From Candidatus Omnitrophota bacterium (lineage in GTDB: Bacteria; Ratteibacteria; UBA8468; MWAK01), in NCBI GenBank assembly GCA_043797665.1, contig JAZDPL010000087.1, forward strand, positions 1-25,233: a stretch of DNA of 25,233 nt, in the 5' to 3' direction. A program made the position numbers and the translations under genes. How positions within the stretch are numbered: the stretch's first letter is position 1; every line of letters begins with the position of its first letter. Positions 19,811 through 25,233 of this stretch are shown here, piece by piece. The notes under the pieces are model-generated. The model saw only the letters and a program-made list of their open reading frames with translations. It searched no databases and had not been told where the DNA came from.

Positions 19811-22723
19811 ATGAAACCCAGCAAAAGAAACTATTTCCACCTCATCTGCGGCACCCACTGGGACCGGGAGTGGCTCCATCCGTTCGCCTACACCCAGTCC
19901 ATGCTGACAGAGATGATGGATGACCTCCTTGACTACATGGAGAAGCACCCGGAGTACCGCTTCTTCCACCTTGACTCCCAAACCGTAGTTGTGGAGGACT
20001 ACCTGCGCCTCCGTCCGGAGAACCGCCAACGGTTTGAGAAACTGGTCCGCGCCGGCCGCCTCTTAATCGGTCCTTACTACTCCCTGCCGGAAATGAACCA
20101 CCTTACCGGGGAATCTATCCTCAGAAACTTCCTGATGGGCTACAAGGTAGCCGAAGCGTTCGGCGGCCGGATGGAGGTCGGCTACTCCCCGACCTCGGTG
20201 GGCCAGATATCCCAGATGCCCCAGATTCTGCGCAGCGTCGGCCTTGACACCTTCATTTTCTACCGGGGCCTGCGCCAGGACCGCTCCAACCTGGAGTTTC
20301 TCTGGCAGGGTCCGGACGGAAGCAAAGTCCTGGGCCTGCGTCTCACCGGCCCCTACGGCCGCGCCTGGTTCTTCGCCAAACTGAGCATGCCGGTGGTCTA
20401 CCCGCAAGGCGTCCCCCAGGAAAACCTCCTGGAACTCCACAACGATATCTCCTTTCAGCGTAACCTGGAGTGCAACTTCTTTACCCTCTCGGAATACCGG
20501 ACCCACTACCGCCCGGAAGATATCGCGCCTAACCTAAAAGTAATTGAAAAAGCCCTCTCTGCGGACACCCGGTCAAACCATCTGCTTGTCATGCAGGCGG
20601 TGGACTACGGCGGCCCGGAGAAGGAGACGGTGCGTATCGTCAAGCAAATAAACCAGGCCGCCGGCTATGAAAAGATACGTTTCTCCGCCTTCCCCCGGTT
20701 CATCCGGGCGTTCAAGAAAAGCATTGCCGATACCCGCCCCGTAGTACTTAAGGGCGAACTGCGCGACCACCGGGTATCCGAGCGGGACCATATCCTGGCA
20801 TCCGCTTTCCTCTCGGCGGTCACTCCCCTGAAAATCCTCAACCGCACCGCAGAGATGACCCTCTCCCGCTGGGCGGAGACCTGGGATACCCTCTCCTGGA
20901 CATTTACCGGCAAGAGCGCCGGGAAGTTATTGGAGAACTCCTGGAAGGACCTGCTGGCCACTCATGCCCATGACAGCGTCACCGGCCAGGGCACCGATGA
21001 GGTTATCCGGGACGTGAGAATCCGCCTGGACCAGGTGCGGCAGGCAGCCGACGGGGTCACCGACTATGCCTTAGGTCGCCTGGTGAGCATCACCGCCAAG
21101 CCCAATGCCCTCCCCAACGGCGTCTTTTTAACCGTTTTTAACCCTTCTCCCTTCTCCCGCAGCGAGGTAGTGGAGATTAACCTGGACATGCCCTTCTACC
21201 ACCCCAAGGCAGACGGCAATACCGACCTGCCGGAAATCTGGCTGGAAGATGAGATAGACCGGAAACGGCTGATTGACCCGGAAGAGGTCTCCCTGCAAAT
21301 CATCGACCAGGAGGGTTGCCCGGGCGATTTCTTTCTTTCCAAAACCCTCCCCCTGGAACCGGTGGGCATCAGCCACCCGGGGTGGGGCGGCCGCCGCCTG
21401 AATGCGCACCGCTACGTCATCTGGTTTGCTACCGGGGAGGTTCCGGGCCTTGGCTACCGCATCTTTACCGCCAAACTCCAGAAGAAAGAAAGGAAGAATA
21501 GTTCCACGAAAAGACCAATCTCTCCCGGAAACAACACCCTGGAGAACCAGTACCTGAAGGTCACCATAAATCAAAACGGCACCATGGAACTTCTTCATAA
21601 AAATACCGGGAGTATTTACAAGGGAGGCCATCTCTTTGAAGACGGGATGGAAACCGGCTCCAGCACCCGATTAAACTGCCTCAATCCCAAACGCTTCACC
21701 GACCTGAAAGCGGATATCTCTCTGGTGGAGAATAACCACCTGGCCGCCACCTACAAAATAGACCTTACCCTCAACGTCCCCGCCGGCGCAGTTTCCGATG
21801 AGCGCTCCCGCCGGAGCCAGGCGGCCGACCCCTACCACGTCCCCATGATAAACCCCCTCCAGGAAGATAGAACCTGCCGGCCCAGCCGGGAGAGAGCCGA
21901 TATCCCCATTACCTCATTTGTAACCTTAAAGAAAGGCAGTCACAAACTGGAGATTGTCACCCAGGTGGAGAACCGAGCCCGCGACCACCGCCTTCGGGTG
22001 CTCTTCCCGACCGGCCTCAAAACCTCAGACGTCTGGGTTGATACTCCGTTTGACATAGTCCGCCGCCGGATAAACAAGAAAGAGGATGCAAATCCCTCTT
22101 TGGAGCGGCCCTATGCCACCCAGCCGGCGGTTTCCTTTGTGGACGTCAATGACGAGCGAGCCGGCCTTGCCCTCCTGCACCTGGGTCTGATTGAATACCA
22201 GGTGACCGACGACAATGATAGATGTATCGCCCTCACCCTTCTGCGTTGTTTCCAGGACCAGAACAAAAAGTGCGGCGCCCTGGACTACCGCCTGAAGGAG
22301 ACCCAGCTATTGGGCGAGCACGTCTTCAGTTATGCGCTCCTGCCCCATTCCGGGGACACCTTTACCTCCGGCGTCCACCGGCAGGCGGATACCCACCTGC
22401 TTCCCTTTAAAGCCATTCAGAGCGCCGGCAAAGGCGGGAACTCCCTGCCCCTGCAGGGGAGTTTGGTCAATATCCCGGACAAGGACCTGATGTTAAGCGC
22501 TATCAAACGCAGCGAGAAAGGCAACGGCCTGGTTATCCGCCTCTGGAACCCCACCGGCCGCACCATCAAGACCACCATTTCTTTCCTGAAGCCAATCCTG
22601 CGGGCGCGCCTGGTCGATTCCCTGGAAAGACCGGTTGTTCCCCTGAAGTCCGCAAAACACGGTATCAAGATTACCGCCGGACCGAAGAAGATTATCTCCC
22701 TGGAAGTTTTTCTGCGCATATAA
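19811..22723 (+). CDS. GH38 alpha-mannosidase-fold protein (MngB-like architecture) with an atypical active site; no signal peptide
   Basis: Motifs THWDREW, FHLDSQT..EDYL, IGPYY, GESILRN, SQMPQI, EFLWQGPDGSKV, HAHDSVTG, VFNP, LENQYL, DHRLRVLFPTG, ALTLLR and SAIKRSE..IRLWNP. The ATG at 19811 follows AAAGGGA; TTG 19790 is an alternative start. Confidence 0.9.
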   Translation: MKPSKRNYFHLICGTHWDREWLHPFAYTQSMLTEMMDDLLDYMEKHPEYRFFHLDSQTVVVEDYLRLRPENRQRFEKLVRAGRLLIGPYYSLPEMNHLTGESILRNFLMGYKVAEAFGGRMEVGYSPTSVGQISQMPQILRSVGLDTFIFYRGLRQDRSNLEFLWQGPDGSKVLGLRLTGPYGRAWFFAKLSMPVVYPQGVPQENLLELHNDISFQRNLECNFFTLSEYRTHYRPEDIAPNLKVIEKALSADTRSNHLLVMQAVDYGGPEKETVRIVKQINQAAGYEKIRFSAFPRFIRAFKKSIADTRPVVLKGELRDHRVSERDHILASAFLSAVTPLKILNRTAEMTLSRWAETWDTLSWTFTGKSAGKLLENSWKDLLATHAHDSVTGQGTDEVIRDVRIRLDQVRQAADGVTDYALGRLVSITAKPNALPNGVFLTVFNPSPFSRSEVVEINLDMPFYHPKADGNTDLPEIWLEDEIDRKRLIDPEEVSLQIIDQEGCPGDFFLSKTLPLEPVGISHPGWGGRRLNAHRYVIWFATGEVPGLGYRIFTAKLQKKERKNSSTKRPISPGNNTLENQYLKVTINQNGTMELLHKNTGSIYKGGHLFEDGMETGSSTRLNCLNPKRFTDLKADISLVENNHLAATYKIDLTLNVPAGAVSDERSRRSQAADPYHVPMINPLQEDRTCRPSRERADIPITSFVTLKKGSHKLEIVTQVENRARDHRLRVLFPTGLKTSDVWVDTPFDIVRRRINKKEDANPSLERPYATQPAVSFVDVNDERAGLALLHLGLIEYQVTDDNDRCIALTLLRCFQDQNKKCGALDYRLKETQLLGEHVFSYALLPHSGDTFTSGVHRQADTHLLPFKAIQSAGKGGNSLPLQGSLVNIPDKDLMLSAIKRSEKGNGLVIRLWNPTGRTIKTTISFLKPILRARLVDSLERPVVPLKSAKHGIKITAGPKKIISLEVFLRI

Positions 22724-22748
22724 GGGGTTGTACCCCTAAGCCAACCCC

Positions 22749-23717
22749 ATGAAGAGAACAAGAACAATCTTTGACCCGAAGGATTTCGTATCCCTGAAGA
22801 CCGGCGGCGACGGACGTTTCACCGCCGGGAAAGACGGGATACTGAAGATTTTCACCCCTTTGGACCGGAAGGTCGAATTCATCTGTTACGCAGATAAGAC
22901 ATTCTGTTACGTAAAATCCGCGCTCGGCTATCCCGCGCTTTACCCCCTGGAACCGGCTGAGTTTAATCCTCCCCTGGAAGCGGTGCTGATGGATTTGGAC
23001 GGCACCAGCATTAAGAGCGAGACGTTCTGGGTACGGGTAATCGAAATGGTCACTTCCGTCCTTCGGGATAAGCCGGATTTCCGTTTGGAGGAAGCAGACC
23101 TTCCCCACGTTTCCGGTCACAGCGTTTCCGAACATCTCCAATACTGCATCAACAAGTACTGTCCGGACAAGACCGTCGAAGAAGCGAGGAAACACTATTT
23201 TGACGTCGTCAGGGAGCAGATGGGTTTGATTTCCCGGGGCAAAGGATGGAAGGATGCTTTTGTCCCTGCACCCGGATTAAAGGAATTTCTTCTGGAGTTG
23301 AAGTCCCGCGGGTTCAGGATTGGCCTGGTTACGGCCGGACTTCATGAGAAGGCGTGGCCGGCTATCGTTTCCGCCTTTCGTACGCTTGGACTGGGTGACC
23401 CGGCTTCGTTCTATGACGCAATCATCACCGCCGGATTCATCGTCAGGAAAGGAAGTCCCGGAACACTTGGAGAACTGGTTCTTAAACCGCACCCCTGGCT
23501 CTACGCAGAAACAGGCCGCATCGGGTTGGGAATCCCATATAAGGAGCGGAAGCGCGTCATCGGTCTGGAGGATAGTTCCGCCGGAGTCGTCTCTCTCCGT
23601 CTCGCCGGATACAGCGTAATCGGGATCGGCGGCGGCAATATAATCAAGAGCGGGGTAAAAGGGCTCTGCTCCCGGTATTGCGAGACGCTCACCGAAGCAT
23701 TGAAAGAACTATTATGA
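22749..23717 (+). CDS. HAD-superfamily phosphatase (beta-PGM/CbbY-like type) with an N-terminal extension of about 75 aa
   Basis: Motif I LMDLDGT, motif II LVTAG, motif III KPHP and motif IV GLEDSSAG. Confidence 0.88.
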   Translation: MKRTRTIFDPKDFVSLKTGGDGRFTAGKDGILKIFTPLDRKVEFICYADKTFCYVKSALGYPALYPLEPAEFNPPLEAVLMDLDGTSIKSETFWVRVIEMVTSVLRDKPDFRLEEADLPHVSGHSVSEHLQYCINKYCPDKTVEEARKHYFDVVREQMGLISRGKGWKDAFVPAPGLKEFLLELKSRGFRIGLVTAGLHEKAWPAIVSAFRTLGLGDPASFYDAIITAGFIVRKGSPGTLGELVLKPHPWLYAETGRIGLGIPYKERKRVIGLEDSSAGVVSLRLAGYSVIGIGGGNIIKSGVKGLCSRYCETLTEALKELL

Positions 23718-24745
23718 AAATTCCCCGGGAACCGGATTTCGAACAGTTCCTCGACGTACTCTGGAGACGCCGCCGTCCGAAACATCTGCCTTTTTACGAA
23801 CACAAAGCCAGCCCGGGTTTTATTGCCGAACACACCGGTACGGCTTTCGACCGGATGAACCGCCGTGACGACGGATACTGGAAGATATACGTTGATTTCT
23901 GGTTATCCATGGGATTTGACTGCATCCCCATGGAAATACGCCTGAATTGCCCGCTGGGGGAGAAAACCGGGGTGACGGAGGGTAGCGAGAGTCACGCCGC
24001 AATCCATTCATTTGAGGATTACGAGAAGTACCCCTGGCCGGAGGAAAACAATCCCATAGACCTGGGGCCGTTTGAAACGGTCGCCGGACTGCTCCCGCCG
24101 GCAGCGAAGATTGCCGGCGGAGTCGGCCGAGGTCCGTTTGAATGGGTTTCCGCGCTTATGGGGACGGTAGGCCTTTCGTATGCGCTGGTGGATAATCCGG
24201 AACTGGTTGAAGCCGTCTTCCGGAGGTTCGGGAACCTCCACTCCAATGCGGTAAGACTGCTTTCGTCCATGGATGCAATCGGAGCCCTGCGGCAGGGCGA
24301 TGATTTGGGTTTTCGCACCTCCACGTTTCTCCGTCCCGAAGTACTCCGGCAGTACGTCTTTCCCATCTACCGCAGGATGGTGGAGATAGCCCACCAAAAA
24401 GGAAAACCGTTCATCCTCCATTCGTGCGGGAATCTGCGGGAGATATACGACGACCTCATCGATTTCTGCGGGTTTGACGCGAAACATTCTTTTGAAGATG
24501 CCATCCTGCCGGTAGAGAAGTTTAAGGAAACGTACGGTAAGAGGATAACCGCCCTCGGCGGTTTGGATGTTGACGTTCTCTGCCGCGGCACCGAGACCGA
24601 AATAAGGGAATGTACCCGGCGCCACATAGAAGTATGTTTTCGGGACGGATTCTGGGCGCTGGGCACCGGCAATTCGCTGACCGACTACCTGCCCGCAAGG
24701 AATTACCGGATAGTCATTGATGAAGGACTGAAACTCCATTCCTGA
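23714..24745 (+). CDS. Uroporphyrinogen decarboxylase (URO-D)/MtaA-like superfamily protein (343 aa); probably not HemE
   Basis: ATG overlapping the upstream TGA. Motifs YPWP, GPFE..LMG, DNPELV, GDDLG, ILHSCGN, YGKRITALGGLDVD and LGTGNS. Confidence 0.85.
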   Translation: MKIPREPDFEQFLDVLWRRRRPKHLPFYEHKASPGFIAEHTGTAFDRMNRRDDGYWKIYVDFWLSMGFDCIPMEIRLNCPLGEKTGVTEGSESHAAIHSFEDYEKYPWPEENNPIDLGPFETVAGLLPPAAKIAGGVGRGPFEWVSALMGTVGLSYALVDNPELVEAVFRRFGNLHSNAVRLLSSMDAIGALRQGDDLGFRTSTFLRPEVLRQYVFPIYRRMVEIAHQKGKPFILHSCGNLREIYDDLIDFCGFDAKHSFEDAILPVEKFKETYGKRITALGGLDVDVLCRGTETEIRECTRRHIEVCFRDGFWALGTGNSLTDYLPARNYRIVIDEGLKLHS

Positions 24746-24795
24746 CATTTGACAATTGGGATTCGCCGCCACTGCCAATTGCAAGGGACTGGGTA

Positions 24796-25224
24796 ATGGT
24801 ACTGGAAAGGAGCGTTGTATGCAACGGGTATGTTTTATTCTTAAGATAGAAAAGAGGTGTGTTCAGACTGGAGGGACCCGAGGTGAAGTCTATCCGGACC
24901 GGTAATGCCTCGCTTGCGGAATCCTTTGGCAAGGTTGACAAAAACGAGGTTTTTCTGTATAATATGTATATAACACCTTATCGGTACAGCCGGGATGTCG
25001 GTGACCCCCGGCGGCGCCGGAAACTGCTCCTTCACAATAAGGAAATTCAGCATCTTTCCGCGGCGGTAAGCCAGAAAGGCTTGACCCTGGTACCCTTGCG
25101 GTTGTACTTCCGCCGGGGCTGGGCAAAGGTGGAATTAGCGATCGCCAAAGGCAAGAGAGAATTTGACAAACGCGAATCCATCAAGCGCCGGGAAGCGGAA
25201 AGAGCCATGCGAAGCCAGCGATAG
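24796..25224 (+). pseudogene. smpB: SsrA-binding protein SmpB with a disrupted 5' segment (intact frame only from about 24850; pseudogene or sequence error)
   Basis: The SmpB core is clear: LEGPEVKSIR, MYITPY, DPRRRRKLLLH..EI, KGLTLVPLRLYF, AKVELAIAKGK..DKRESIKRRE. The conserved NRKA..Y..EAG segment is absent. An in-frame ATG at 24796 (after AAGGGA) is separated from the core by TAG at 24847-24849. Gene identity is high confidence; pseudogene status is moderate. Confidence 0.7.
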
Positions 25225-25233
25225 AGTTAATCC

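Noticed and set aside
23714..24745. Calling this gene hemE or mtaA
   Set aside because: It lacks the HemE N-terminal RQAGR motif and has no haem or corrinoid context. Only the superfamily is supported.
24749..24777. TTGACA as the -35 box of an smpB promoter
   Set aside because: There is no acceptable -10 hexamer 16-18 nt downstream (CTGCCA at 17 nt).
25225..25233. tmRNA (ssrA) after smpB
   Set aside because: Only 9 nt remain in the window and they do not show a tmRNA 5' end.

Overview
A bacterial region with 14 genes, all on the + strand and tightly packed (ATGA stop/start overlaps at 6733, 14451 and 23714). About 24.7 kb is a glycan-utilisation cluster. It holds four paralogues of a ~1150-aa multidomain protein (one cut off by the window edge) with a putative glycoside-hydrolase barrel plus CBM11-like and CBM9-like modules. 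It also encodes a GH-A/GH5-like enzyme, a GH141-like beta-helix, a GH106-like enzyme, stand-alone LamG and FG-GAP proteins, a prepilin/H-X9-DG (DUF1559-type) protein, a GH38-like protein, a HAD phosphatase and a URO-D-family protein. The window ends in smpB. The prepilin/H-X9-DG gene suggests a PVC-superphylum or similar lineage (inference only). The main points of interest are: (1) no transporter or regulator in the cluster, but a pilin-like protein; (2) a glycosidase-like family I cannot assign, expanded four times, with an identically spaced Asp/Glu pair and both secreted and signal-less copies; (3) a GH38 with Thr at the expected nucleophile Asp; (4) a GTAG-type REP doublet with compensatory stem changes; (5) an smpB with a disrupted 5' part. 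All family calls come from motifs read by eye; no database searches were run.
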